From a bacterium (GTDB taxonomy: Bacteria; DRYD01), in contig JBCNVB010000018.1 in NCBI GenBank assembly GCA_039630415.1, forward strand, positions 1 through 64,000: a DNA stretch of 64,000 nucleotides. The letters are read 5' to 3'. The position numbers were made by a program, and so were the translations under genes. Below the pieces are notes generated by a model. That model saw only the letters and a list, made by a program, of their open reading frames with translations. It had not been told where the DNA came from and did not search any database. Below, in pieces: positions 10,399 to 19,738 of the stretch; position 1 is the stretch's first letter; each line of letters begins with the position of its first letter.

Positions 10399-10488
10399 CG
10401 GAGGGGGCGGGATTCGAACCCGCGGTATCCCTTTTGGGGATACACTCGATTTCCAGTCGAGCGCCTTCGACCGCTCGGCCACCCCTCC
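10399..10488 (-). tRNA. tRNA-Ser(GGA)
   Basis: GGAGGGGTGGCCGAGCGG...CTCGA-CTGGAAA-TCGAG, long variable arm, GGTTCGAATCC, acceptor stem pairs; no CCA. Confidence 0.95.
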
Positions 10489-10492
10489 AATC

Positions 10493-11038
10493 CTACTTCC
10501 TCAAATATATCTTCTCTACCGTATTTAATTCAGCAACAAACTTATACCTACCTGTTTTGACAGGATTACCATTCATATCCGTCTGATCCCATGTCTTTAC
10601 CATCTTGACAACCTCTTTTGGTCTTAAAACCAACTTATACACCTTAGGTACCGACGGTATCACAGGCTTTGTTGTCCAAACCTTATAATACATCCCTGTA
10701 ATACCCAAATCAAAATATGAGTACACCGTAAAATACGCTAACTCTGCAGTTAAAAAATCTAAATTAACTACCCTGTCACTATTGTTTGATATCACCAAAG
10801 TAATAATTACTTTCTCACCCTGATAATACGTATCTTTGTCAGTGGTCAACTTAAATGTTAATCCCTTGTATTGCACCTGCTTTACAGATGAAAAATTGAT
10901 ATAATTAAGCCAGTTGTTGATAAAAGTAAGAATAACTAACAAAGCTATAAAACCTATCAAACTAAATAACTTTCTCTTTCTTGTTATTTCTTCTATTTGT
11001 TGATTCTGATTAGCTCTTCTAGACTTAGGCTTTAACAT
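10493..11038 (-). CDS. Membrane-anchored BsuPI (intracellular proteinase inhibitor)-like domain protein
   Basis: TM helix, then LTTDKDTYYQGEKV.ITL...N...L.F.T...VW...L.P.E....TWDQTD.NG.PV..GRY. Confidence 0.7.
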   Translation of the reverse strand: MLKPKSRRANQNQQIEEITRKRKLFSLIGFIALLVILTFINNWLNYINFSSVKQVQYKGLTFKLTTDKDTYYQGEKVIITLVISNNSDRVVNLDFLTAELAYFTVYSYFDLGITGMYYKVWTTKPVIPSVPKVYKLVLRPKEVVKMVKTWDQTDMNGNPVKTGRYKFVAELNTVEKIYLRK

Positions 11039-12398
11039 AAATACTCACCATCTGTTTCCCTAAGTTTCTAGTGGTTATTAAGTCTCCCATAGCCTGTAAA
11101 ATAAAGTAACGATTTATATTTTCTATTTTTTGCTTTGGTTCAACTATAATTTGTATAAATAAAGGTTTACCATATCCCCCCTTATACAATTGTCCAATAG
11201 AATGTAGGTACCTAGGTCCAAAACCCCATACAACCACATTCTTCAACCTATCTGCTATAATATATCTGAGTCTTTCAAAACTATCAAAATAATCATAAGA
11301 GCTAAAAACCTGCAAAGCCACATAATCGTAACTCTTTGTTGAATCCCCCAAATAAGCACCTAAATCTACATTATATAAATCATCAATACTATCCACCACA
11401 ACATAGAAATCATCTATTCTAATGTCATCTTCGGAATTAATAAGCTTATTAGTTATATCTTTTGAAAGCTGTACATCAGGTTGATTAAAAGGATTAACCT
11501 TCAAATAAGAACAAAGAAGGGATGTATACATAAACCAAACATACATCCACTTAGCTAACTCGCTCTTGAATAAAGACAATTTAAACTTTCCCAGTACATT
11601 TGCGATATTCATAGAATATGAAGAAGGATTAAAAATAACCGGCAAAACACCTTTGGAATTTTTACCTGTACTCTCCGCAATCAACTGCTCCAACCACAAA
11701 CCAATCACATAATCAACATCATCGTATTCAAATAAAATATAGTAAAAATCACGATCTATATCCTGCAAAGCATAAAACTCCGGAAACTTAGCATCAATAA
11801 AATCAAGCAAGTTCTGCTTGATATCTTTTAGCTGATAAAGAATAGGCTCTATATCAACTTTCGCGAGATAAGCAGGTACTAATCCAAATTCAGTAAAAGC
11901 CGAGTATCTACCACCAATATTTGGATTCGGATTGAATACAATCCATCCTTTCTGTCTAGCTTGACTATCTAACACAGTCCCCTGATCAGTAATCGCTATA
12001 AAGCAACTATTAGGATATTTCTTTTCAAAATATTCTTGAAGAACCTTTGTTTCTAATGTTGTACCTGATTTACTAGAAACAATAAAAACATTCCTTTTAC
12101 CTTGTATCTGATTTTCTACATAGGTAATCTGATCAGGATTAATCGTGTCTAATACAAATATTCTTTTTTGCGTTTGATAGATAGTACAGAAAACTAGCGG
12201 GGCGAGTGATGACCCACCCATACCAAGCAAAATAACATTATCATAATCATCCATACTCTCTAACACCCTCTGTATATTTTCAAAAACCTTGAAAGAATCC
12301 AAATCTATCCAATCTATCCTATTTTCTATCTCACTGTCCTTTATCCATACAGAAATGTCCTTTTTAATTATTCTCTGTAGATCGTTGATTATTCTCAT
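11025..12398 (-). CDS. pgi: Glucose-6-phosphate isomerase (divergent, like the PGI domain of Tal-Pgi fusions)
   Basis: LGMGGSSL, SSKSGTTLET, AITD.GT, IGGRYS, WLEQLIAESTGK, NPFNQPDV and GPRYLHSIGQLYKGG motifs. Confidence 0.85.
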   Translation of the reverse strand: MRIINDLQRIIKKDISVWIKDSEIENRIDWIDLDSFKVFENIQRVLESMDDYDNVILLGMGGSSLAPLVFCTIYQTQKRIFVLDTINPDQITYVENQIQGKRNVFIVSSKSGTTLETKVLQEYFEKKYPNSCFIAITDQGTVLDSQARQKGWIVFNPNPNIGGRYSAFTEFGLVPAYLAKVDIEPILYQLKDIKQNLLDFIDAKFPEFYALQDIDRDFYYILFEYDDVDYVIGLWLEQLIAESTGKNSKGVLPVIFNPSSYSMNIANVLGKFKLSLFKSELAKWMYVWFMYTSLLCSYLKVNPFNQPDVQLSKDITNKLINSEDDIRIDDFYVVVDSIDDLYNVDLGAYLGDSTKSYDYVALQVFSSYDYFDSFERLRYIIADRLKNVVVWGFGPRYLHSIGQLYKGGYGKPLFIQIIVEPKQKIENINRYFILQAMGDLITTRNLGKQMVSIYVKA

Positions 12399-12648
12399 AA
12401 TCCCGCTCCTCGTCAACTGCCTTTAGCAAATCGTATAACTTATCATACCTTTTCTTATCATAGAATATCTCATAAAATTCACTAACAATTTGTTGATTGA
12501 CAAATATGGATAAAAATGGTTCACCAAATGCAAAAACATTAGCTACTATTCTTCTAAAAGGATATATGCTTTCTAAGAAAAGTATACCTATGCTTTCGAT
12601 TTTATGCTTCTTAAAAAAATCAGCTATTTTATATTCAAGATTTTCCAT
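12364..12648 (-). CDS. Hypothetical protein
   Basis: 94-aa ORF overlapping both neighbours on the same strand. Confidence 0.6.
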   Translation of the reverse strand: MENLEYKIADFFKKHKIESIGILFLESIYPFRRIVANVFAFGEPFLSIFVNQQIVSEFYEIFYDKKRYDKLYDLLKAVDEERDYENNQRSTENN

Positions 12649-13816
12649 ATTTCTTGGCTACTTTGCTAAACTTCTCAAGAGCAAAATCCAAATCCTCTTT
12701 TGAATGCATAGCAGAAATCATTACCCTTATCCTAGCTTTACCCTTAGGAACAGTTGGATAAAATATTGGAACTGCAAAAATATCCTCATTAAATAACTCT
12801 TTTGCAAATTCCTGTGTTAAGCATTCATCATAAAGCATTACGGGTATAATTGGTGTTTGACTGCTACCTAAATCAAAACCCATTCTTTTCATCTCATACT
12901 TAAAGTAGTTGGTATTCTCCCACAGCTTTTCTACAAGGTTAGAAGACAAAATTATGTCAATAGCCTTTATAGCAGCTAGAGTATCAGGTATGGTTAGTGC
13001 TGATGAAAATAAGAAAGGTCTTGCTTTTTGCTTCAAAAATTCAATAACAACGGAGTTAGAACAAACAAATCCTCCTACTACCCCAAAAGCTTTTGATAAG
13101 GTACCAACCTCTATGTCAACTCTACCATGTAAATCAAAATGATCAACTATTCCTCTACCTTTTCTTCCCAAAACTCCTTCTCCATGAGCATCGTCAACCA
13201 CCAGTATAGCATCATATTTCCTACATAGTTCCACTATGTCAGGTAAAGGTGCAATATCTCCATCCATTGAAAATACACCATCTGTAACTACTACCTTTCT
13301 CCTACTATTCTTTGCTTCAATCAGCTTCTGCTCCAAGTCATTCATATCCAAATGTTTGTATATAAATCTTTTTGCTTTTGATAGTCTAATAGCATCAATA
13401 ATCGATGCATGATTGAGTTCATCAGAAATTACAGCATCTTCAGGAGTGTCAAGTATGGTTGGTATTACTGCCAAATTGGCATTGAATCCCGATTGAAGTA
13501 GTAAACATGCCTGACATTCTTTAAATTCTGCTATTTTTTGCTCTAGCTGTATGTGGAGAGTATTTGTACCAGCGATTGATCTAACAGCACCAGGACCTAT
13601 ACCATATTTCTTGATCCCCTCAATACAAAACTGAATTATCTCGGGATGATTAGCCAAACCTAAGTAATTGTTGGAACATAGATTAAGTTTTTTCTTTGAG
13701 TCGATTATCAGCCAAGGTCCCTGACCACTTTCTATAACTCTTATGTAATTATACCTATGCTCTTTCTTTAGATCTTCCAACTGCTCATATACAAAGTCAA
13801 ATTTATCCTTTACCAT
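12635..13816 (-). CDS. kbl: Glycine C-acetyltransferase / AOS-family PLP enzyme
   Basis: [51 protein letters not shown] and ARPFLFS motifs. Confidence 0.85.
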   Translation of the reverse strand: MVKDKFDFVYEQLEDLKKEHRYNYIRVIESGQGPWLIIDSKKKLNLCSNNYLGLANHPEIIQFCIEGIKKYGIGPGAVRSIAGTNTLHIQLEQKIAEFKECQACLLLQSGFNANLAVIPTILDTPEDAVISDELNHASIIDAIRLSKAKRFIYKHLDMNDLEQKLIEAKNSRRKVVVTDGVFSMDGDIAPLPDIVELCRKYDAILVVDDAHGEGVLGRKGRGIVDHFDLHGRVDIEVGTLSKAFGVVGGFVCSNSVVIEFLKQKARPFLFSSALTIPDTLAAIKAIDIILSSNLVEKLWENTNYFKYEMKRMGFDLGSSQTPIIPVMLYDECLTQEFAKELFNEDIFAVPIFYPTVPKGKARIRVMISAMHSKEDLDFALEKFSKVAKKYGKS

Positions 13817-13827
13817 CTAGAAATCAC

Positions 13828-15141
13828 CTACCCACCCTCAAAGATAAATACATAATACCTACTAAAATATTTATCATATACAGCCTTTATCCTTGTAGGC
13901 TCCAAAAGAGAAATATACCTAGAAATATAGAAAGGTGATATTCTCTTATCTCGGTAAAGCAAGCAGTAAACCATACTGTCGGCAAATTCTTTGGGAGAAA
14001 TTAAGTTTAAGTATCCCCTAGAACATAACTTTTGCTTAGAATACGATATCACATCAATACTTAATTCCAAACTTCCTAAAATTTTATTCATCCTTTTTCT
14101 AACCTCGGTTTGATTCTTATAATAGCAAGAAGTGAATAGAATATAGTAGGAAGTATACCTAAGAATTGGGTACTGCGAGTATATTGAGTACACCATTCCC
14201 TGATTCTCCCTTAATTCTCTCCATAAAATTCCATCCATAGTATCAGTTAGAATATTATCTATAACCAACATAGCCAAATAATCCTCAAAATTTCTGTCAA
14301 ATTCCGGAGCAGTAAAAAGGTACAAAAAGTAACTCGATTCAGAGCGAATAGGTAAAGAAAAGGTTCTGTTTTTTGTAATCTCAACCTCCCTGTAATAATA
14401 CCTATCCCTGAAATTATTGAATCTAAAATTTTTATGAGAATTGTAACCAAAAATTTTTCTCAAAGCAATTTCATTTTGGTTGAAACCTAAAGCAATAAAG
14501 AAAATTACTTCTAAATTAACTCTACTTAGTAAATCGTTAATATCTTGAATAGTTATGTGTTTGATATTACTTGGATTTCCCAGTGAAAGAAAACTATAAG
14601 GATGAGCAGAAAAAATATTTTGCCTAAAATATAACAATATAGAATTGAAAGTATTCGTGTAGTACTCAGAAATATCATTAGATATAACATAAAGCGTGTT
14701 GTAATCCAGCTGGTAATCAGGCTTAAAACTAGGTTTAGTAGCAAAATCCCTTATTAAGCCTATAATTTTCTCAACCGAATACTGAGGAGGAATAACTATA
14801 GATATAACCCCATAATCATTCTCAACCTCAAAATTAACCTTGCAAACAAGATCATTAGTTTCCAAAATATCTTTAATCCCACTATACAACAAATAGAAAA
14901 ACACATATCTTACACCAACTTTGTTACTCGATTCATCACTCAAACCAATAGGATAAATCAAATTTATAATGCTTACATAAGAGTTACATGTGATAATAAA
15001 AGCATTAGAGTGTATAAATCTTTCCCATGCTATGTCAAATTTTTTGAGATACTCTTCTTCAATGGCTTCTTGAACAGAGTAGGCAAATTGAACTATAAAA
15101 TTGAAAAATATTAGTATGACAAAACAAATTCTAGCCAACAT
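13828..15141 (-). CDS. M16 peptidase-like protein, inactive subunit (no HxxEH)
   Basis: HPY...G....I..IT..D and LWRELRENQGMVYSI M16 motifs; signal-like N-terminus; Zn motif absent. Confidence 0.7.
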   Translation of the reverse strand: MLARICFVILIFFNFIVQFAYSVQEAIEEEYLKKFDIAWERFIHSNAFIITCNSYVSIINLIYPIGLSDESSNKVGVRYVFFYLLYSGIKDILETNDLVCKVNFEVENDYGVISIVIPPQYSVEKIIGLIRDFATKPSFKPDYQLDYNTLYVISNDISEYYTNTFNSILLYFRQNIFSAHPYSFLSLGNPSNIKHITIQDINDLLSRVNLEVIFFIALGFNQNEIALRKIFGYNSHKNFRFNNFRDRYYYREVEITKNRTFSLPIRSESSYFLYLFTAPEFDRNFEDYLAMLVIDNILTDTMDGILWRELRENQGMVYSIYSQYPILRYTSYYILFTSCYYKNQTEVRKRMNKILGSLELSIDVISYSKQKLCSRGYLNLISPKEFADSMVYCLLYRDKRISPFYISRYISLLEPTRIKAVYDKYFSRYYVFIFEGG

Positions 15142-15211
15142 TTTACCAATAATATTCTTCTATACTTTTCATCACCCCTCCCACTACAAAAATCACAACC
15201 CATAAAACATT

Positions 15212-16243
15212 ATGAAAATAGCAATACTATCAACCATAGAACCGTTCATACACGGAGGAGCAAAAAAACAATTCACCTCGTTAAAAAATACTCTACAAAC
15301 AATGAATCACCAAGTAGACCTTTTCCTAATACCCTTTAGTTTTGAAATTAACGATCTAAAACCTCAAATCCAAGCAATTAGAAAAATCAAAATCAATTCC
15401 GACATACTAATAACAAGTAGACCTATGAGCTACTGTATAGAACATAACAATAAAATTGTCTGGTTTATGCACCATATATCATATTTCTATGAATTCTATC
15501 AGACTAAACTTAACCCATACCCAAACAATAGTGATTTCGCAAATACTAGAGAAGAATTCATAAAACAAGATACTGCTTTCTTACTAGAATCTAAAAAAAT
15601 ATATGCAGTATCAGAGTACGTAGCAGATAAACTAAAACTTTACAATAACATACAAAGCTCTATCGTTTATCCTTTCCTAGATGACTACCAAAAATTCCAT
15701 TTTCAAAACTACAGTGACTATTTCTATTTACCTTCGTTAATAACATACACCAAAAGACAACACCTAATTATTGAAGCTCTACTCTACACACGTAATAAAA
15801 TAAAGCTTATCCTTACAGGACAAGTAGATAAAAAATACTTCAAAAAATATATCCTACCACTACTAAAAAAACATAAACAAATCCAAGAAAGAGTAAAAAT
15901 ACTAGACAAATATTTAGAGTTAGAAAAGTACGAATATTATGCTAACTGTTTAGGTGTAGTTTTTACTCCAATTAATGAAGCTTTTGGATTTGTAGTTTCA
16001 GAAAGTTTTTTTAGTTTTAAACCAGTAATTACAACTATAGATTCTGGTGCACCAGCACAAATCATTAAAGATAAATTAACTGGTTTGCTAGTACATCCCA
16101 CACCCCAACAAATAGCTCAAGCTATGGATACACTATACGAAAATAGACATACTCTGAAAACCATGGGACAAAATTGTTACTCCTTTGCCTTAGAAAATTT
16201 CAACCCCTACAAGAATGCTAAAAAACTGCTCGAAGATCTATAA
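15212..16243 (+). CDS. GT4 family glycosyltransferase
   Basis: PFIHGGA, KRQHLII, EAFGFVVSESF...KPVITT.DSGAP, TGLLV.P motifs. Confidence 0.88.
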   Translation: MKIAILSTIEPFIHGGAKKQFTSLKNTLQTMNHQVDLFLIPFSFEINDLKPQIQAIRKIKINSDILITSRPMSYCIEHNNKIVWFMHHISYFYEFYQTKLNPYPNNSDFANTREEFIKQDTAFLLESKKIYAVSEYVADKLKLYNNIQSSIVYPFLDDYQKFHFQNYSDYFYLPSLITYTKRQHLIIEALLYTRNKIKLILTGQVDKKYFKKYILPLLKKHKQIQERVKILDKYLELEKYEYYANCLGVVFTPINEAFGFVVSESFFSFKPVITTIDSGAPAQIIKDKLTGLLVHPTPQQIAQAMDTLYENRHTLKTMGQNCYSFALENFNPYKNAKKLLEDL

Positions 16244-16257
16244 ACATGTATAACCAT

Positions 16258-17115
16258 CTATTTGGTGGGTAAATTGTTTGCCATCCACTCGTTTATACCA
16301 CCATTAAAAATAGTTACATAAGGATACTCCAAATACACTACCAAAGCAAAATAAGCCAATAAAACTTCATAGTTATCCGAACCATACAATAAGATCTTCT
16401 TATCCTTTGTTATATCATTCGAATTATAGTAGGATCCGACCACAAATCTATCAAAGTCAAACTTAGGTTTTATATAAATACTACCAGGTATAAGCTGAAT
16501 CTTTGAATTAGATACACCAACCTTATATACCCTATCTATATTCTCAACAGTTTTGTTTAAGTCCCAAATAACATTTTCATAGAACATTTTAGACAGCTTG
16601 AAAGGTATATATCCTCTAGAAATAGTTTTTATTTTAATAGTAGTTGGTAGAGCTTGTTTCTGCCACTGTTCAAAACCATCCTTAATTATATAAACTCCTC
16701 TAACCTTAAAAATGCTCAAAATAGCACTTAAAACCATACCATCCTCAATCCTATCACAAAAAATACCTACATTCTTATCAACTGAGATACCTGCCTCTGA
16801 AAGAGTATATATCAATCTTTCAACTTGCTTTATTTTTCTTGGTATACCTAAACTGGTTTCAAATAGGTAATCACAACTAAAATGAACAGCACCGTTAGCA
16901 TGCAATGCTCTATACTTCTCATAATCCCTCAAGTCAAGAATAACTGAGTCATTATAGTAATTATCGAAAAACTCTTTCGCACTAACAAACTTGAAAACCG
17001 GCTTATCATACAATATCGTTCTCGCTTTAATTGCAAAATAAAAAATTAATACGCTTACTAACAAAAAGAATACAAAAACTTTTAGTACCATTCTATCAAT
17101 ATTCATCCCTAACAT
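16258..17115 (-). CDS. Membrane-anchored tandem-domain rhodanese/sulfurtransferase-like protein
   Basis: N-terminal TM; ILDLR...Y...HANGA, DGFEQW...LP, IPGS and FNGGINEW...LP motifs. Confidence 0.75.
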   Translation of the reverse strand: MLGMNIDRMVLKVFVFFLLVSVLIFYFAIKARTILYDKPVFKFVSAKEFFDNYYNDSVILDLRDYEKYRALHANGAVHFSCDYLFETSLGIPRKIKQVERLIYTLSEAGISVDKNVGIFCDRIEDGMVLSAILSIFKVRGVYIIKDGFEQWQKQALPTTIKIKTISRGYIPFKLSKMFYENVIWDLNKTVENIDRVYKVGVSNSKIQLIPGSIYIKPKFDFDRFVVGSYYNSNDITKDKKILLYGSDNYEVLLAYFALVVYLEYPYVTIFNGGINEWMANNLPTK

Positions 17116-18520
17116 AATTCCATACCTCGTTCCCTTTTCCCTTGTAATTCACATCTATTTCAAAGTATCTGTTCCAAGGTAATCTTAAATCGATTTCAAC
17201 GTCAATATCGAACTTGTTCAGAATTAATTTAAAAGCTTGATTAATTTTTTCCACAGTCCAGTTTTCCCTTTTTGCAAAATATCTAATTGTAGTCTGATAA
17301 AGAGATTCAAAAAAATTCTCTACAGTTAGCTTACTACAATAGTATTGTCTTTTTATCGGAATAATTTGAGATATGACGTAAAAAGAAATCCCCGAACCTA
17401 GAGTATTAGCTAAGGTATTCCATCCCCAAAAAGAATTCATTGATAATAGCCTGTTCCAATTAGCAAGAAAAAACTTCAAAGTTTTTAAACTTACACCATT
17501 TGCAAAACTGGTGTCAATAAAATGATTAAAACTTTTAGGAATTAAATCCACTACTTTCAAATCACAAAAGTATTCGATAAATTTTTGAAAAATTCGAAAC
17601 TTTATAACCTGCACCATAGATTCCTTTTGATACTTTCCTCGAAACAATTTCCAAAAAAACTGGCTATCATCATCCTTACTAAACTTAACACCCAAATACT
17701 CCTCGTAACGTTCGATAACTTTATCAACTTTTTCCCCTTCATAAATAGAAATCTTATTTGAAAAATTTGGAGAATAAAAAATAGGTAATTTTTTTATATC
17801 ACTCTTAGTTTCAGTCAGTACAACTTTTGAAAGAATTAATAAATGTATTTCGTCCAGACCTATTAAGAAGCTAAGCCTATATTTACCTCGTTGATCATAT
17901 TTATGAAGAAGGTAATTAGCTTCTAAAAAATTCAAACCCCTAATCTGAGAATCATCAATACACAGCAATATTTCTTTTACCTGCTTCATCACATTCAAAG
18001 CATCCATCTTACTTAAAGAACTTAGAAAGTATTCAATAATTTCAAGCTTTGTTTTTCTTACAAGGAAGATATACTTTTCAATATCATTATCGAATTCATT
18101 GTACCTCTCATAAGCATCCAAAAGATTATGAGCAAATTGGCAAAACTTTTCATACCATACCTTGTTGGTTTGAATTATTTTTTCTAAATTTGCCCCAAAG
18201 TTCAACAAAATTCGAGGGATTGATGAATATATGTAAAAATCACATTTCCTTGTTTGGTCAATAAAATCTAATAAACACTTCAATCTCTCAAAAATTCTCT
18301 TTGATTTCAAAACTTCGAGATTCCTCGAATTGACGATTCCATCAAATAGGAAATTGTCTAGAGAAATAATAAAGCAAGTGTCAAAAGCATTTTTATGTTT
18401 TAATAATTCATTATATGAGTAGCAGATAGAGTGCTGTATACCAAAAGCCAAACATATATAATTAAAGTACTTGTATGAGCATGGTCTATCATCCAAAGCA
18501 AGAAGAATTACCTTCTTCAA
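17096..18520 (-). CDS. DUF4127 family protein (divergent)
   Basis: LDDRPC, ISLD....G...SR, SIPR, DD, GLDE, GWNTLANTLG and PWNRYFE signature; TTG start after GGAG. Confidence 0.7.
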   Translation of the reverse strand: MKKVILLALDDRPCSYKYFNYICLAFGIQHSICYSYNELLKHKNAFDTCFIISLDNFLFDGIVNSRNLEVLKSKRIFERLKCLLDFIDQTRKCDFYIYSSIPRILLNFGANLEKIIQTNKVWYEKFCQFAHNLLDAYERYNEFDNDIEKYIFLVRKTKLEIIEYFLSSLSKMDALNVMKQVKEILLCIDDSQIRGLNFLEANYLLHKYDQRGKYRLSFLIGLDEIHLLILSKVVLTETKSDIKKLPIFYSPNFSNKISIYEGEKVDKVIERYEEYLGVKFSKDDDSQFFWKLFRGKYQKESMVQVIKFRIFQKFIEYFCDLKVVDLIPKSFNHFIDTSFANGVSLKTLKFFLANWNRLLSMNSFWGWNTLANTLGSGISFYVISQIIPIKRQYYCSKLTVENFFESLYQTTIRYFAKRENWTVEKINQAFKLILNKFDIDVEIDLRLPWNRYFEIDVNYKGKGNEVWNYVRDEY

Positions 18521-18521
18521 T

Positions 18522-18555
18522 TTCTAGGCTCCAAATTACTTCTAGGCTCCAAATT
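18522..18555. repeat. Direct repeat, 2 x 16 bp (TTCTAGGCTCCAAATT, 18-bp period), spanning the apgM stop codon
   Basis: Identical copies at 18522-18537 and 18540-18555. Confidence 0.85.
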
Positions 18556-19738
18556 TTTGTAATCTCTTGCCATAAGCCAACATGATCTGCATATTCCATA
18601 ACATTGGAAATATTCCTAACTCTCCTCTTAAACACTCTTTTTCGTTAAAATCCTTACTAATACCAAACACATCTCCAGCCTTAGAATAAACTAGATATGG
18701 AGTAGGTTGAAACCCATGTGACTTATACATACAAGGAGTACTATGATCACCGGTAACCACAAGAACATCAGGATCAATCTCAATAATCTTACCCACTACC
18801 CTATCTGCATTTTCTATTTCTTTTACTTTTCTTTGAAAATCTCCATCCTCACCAGCCATATCCGTGTATTTATAATGAACATAAACAAAATCAAAATCCT
18901 CAAAAAATTGAGTGATATTATCATAGTTTTCGATCCTTATAGTCTGAAAACCAAGTAACTTAGCTATTCCCAGATACATTGGATATTGAGCAATTGCTAA
19001 AGGCTTAACTTTATAGAGCTCTCCAAAATTAGGCAAAGAGGGAACATCTGTTATACCCCTAAATAAAATATAATTAGCTTTTTGGTTTTCAAACATTTCA
19101 AAAATTCTTTTGTTAAGAGTCTCTAAAATAGCTCCTATTCTAGATCTTTCAGAAAAGTTAATAACTGGAAGCCCTTCTTTTTGCGGATCGTTAGTTGACA
19201 CATCTACATCTATTTTTCCATTTTTTGGAGTTATAACTACACCTAATCTATGTTCCATACCACTTTTTATCTGTATTTCTACTTGATATTCTTGCCCAAT
19301 CCGCTCAATTAGAGGGTGTATTAATTCAACAAGTCTTTGATTTTGTTCTGTAGCTATTCTAGAAGCTCTCCTGTCAATTACTATAAATTTATCCTGTACT
19401 TTTTGTACAGTAGCCCAATTACCTCTAATAGCGATAGAATTTGGCTTAATTTCCATATCCATTCCCAACACTTCTAAAATTCCTCTTTTGATTTGATATT
19501 TTAATGGATCTAATCCAAAAAGAGCCATGTGTCCAGGTCCGCTGCCTACCGTTATACCATAACCAATAGGATAAGCCATACCTAAAGCAGATTTAGAAAT
19601 TAACTTTTGAATATTGTTCTTCTGAGCAGCTTCTAATGGTGTTTTACCATTGTAAGGTAAATCGCCTAAACCATCAACAACAAATAACACCAACCTGCTA
19701 TTGTTCTTAACTATTATCTCTTGCATTTTTTCTAGCAT
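18542..19738 (-). CDS. apgM: 2,3-bisphosphoglycerate-independent phosphoglycerate mutase (ApgM/archaeal type)
   Basis: VDGLGD, KTPLEAA, GSGPGHMALFG, HYKYTDMAGEDG, VTGDHSTP and KFGA C-terminus. Confidence 0.9.
   Translation of the reverse strand: MLEKMQEIIVKNNSRLVLFVVDGLGDLPYNGKTPLEAAQKNNIQKLISKSALGMAYPIGYGITVGSGPGHMALFGLDPLKYQIKRGILEVLGMDMEIKPNSIAIRGNWATVQKVQDKFIVIDRRASRIATEQNQRLVELIHPLIERIGQEYQVEIQIKSGMEHRLGVVITPKNGKIDVDVSTNDPQKEGLPVINFSERSRIGAILETLNKRIFEMFENQKANYILFRGITDVPSLPNFGELYKVKPLAIAQYPMYLGIAKLLGFQTIRIENYDNITQFFEDFDFVYVHYKYTDMAGEDGDFQRKVKEIENADRVVGKIIEIDPDVLVVTGDHSTPCMYKSHGFQPTPYLVYSKAGDVFGISKDFNEKECLRGELGIFPMLWNMQIMLAYGKRLQKFGA

Noticed and set aside
10377..10490. N-terminal extension of ORF 10086..10490 (MEGWPSGRRR...)
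   Set aside because: It is the tRNA-Ser gene read as codons; the DUF503 signature starts at ATG 10376.
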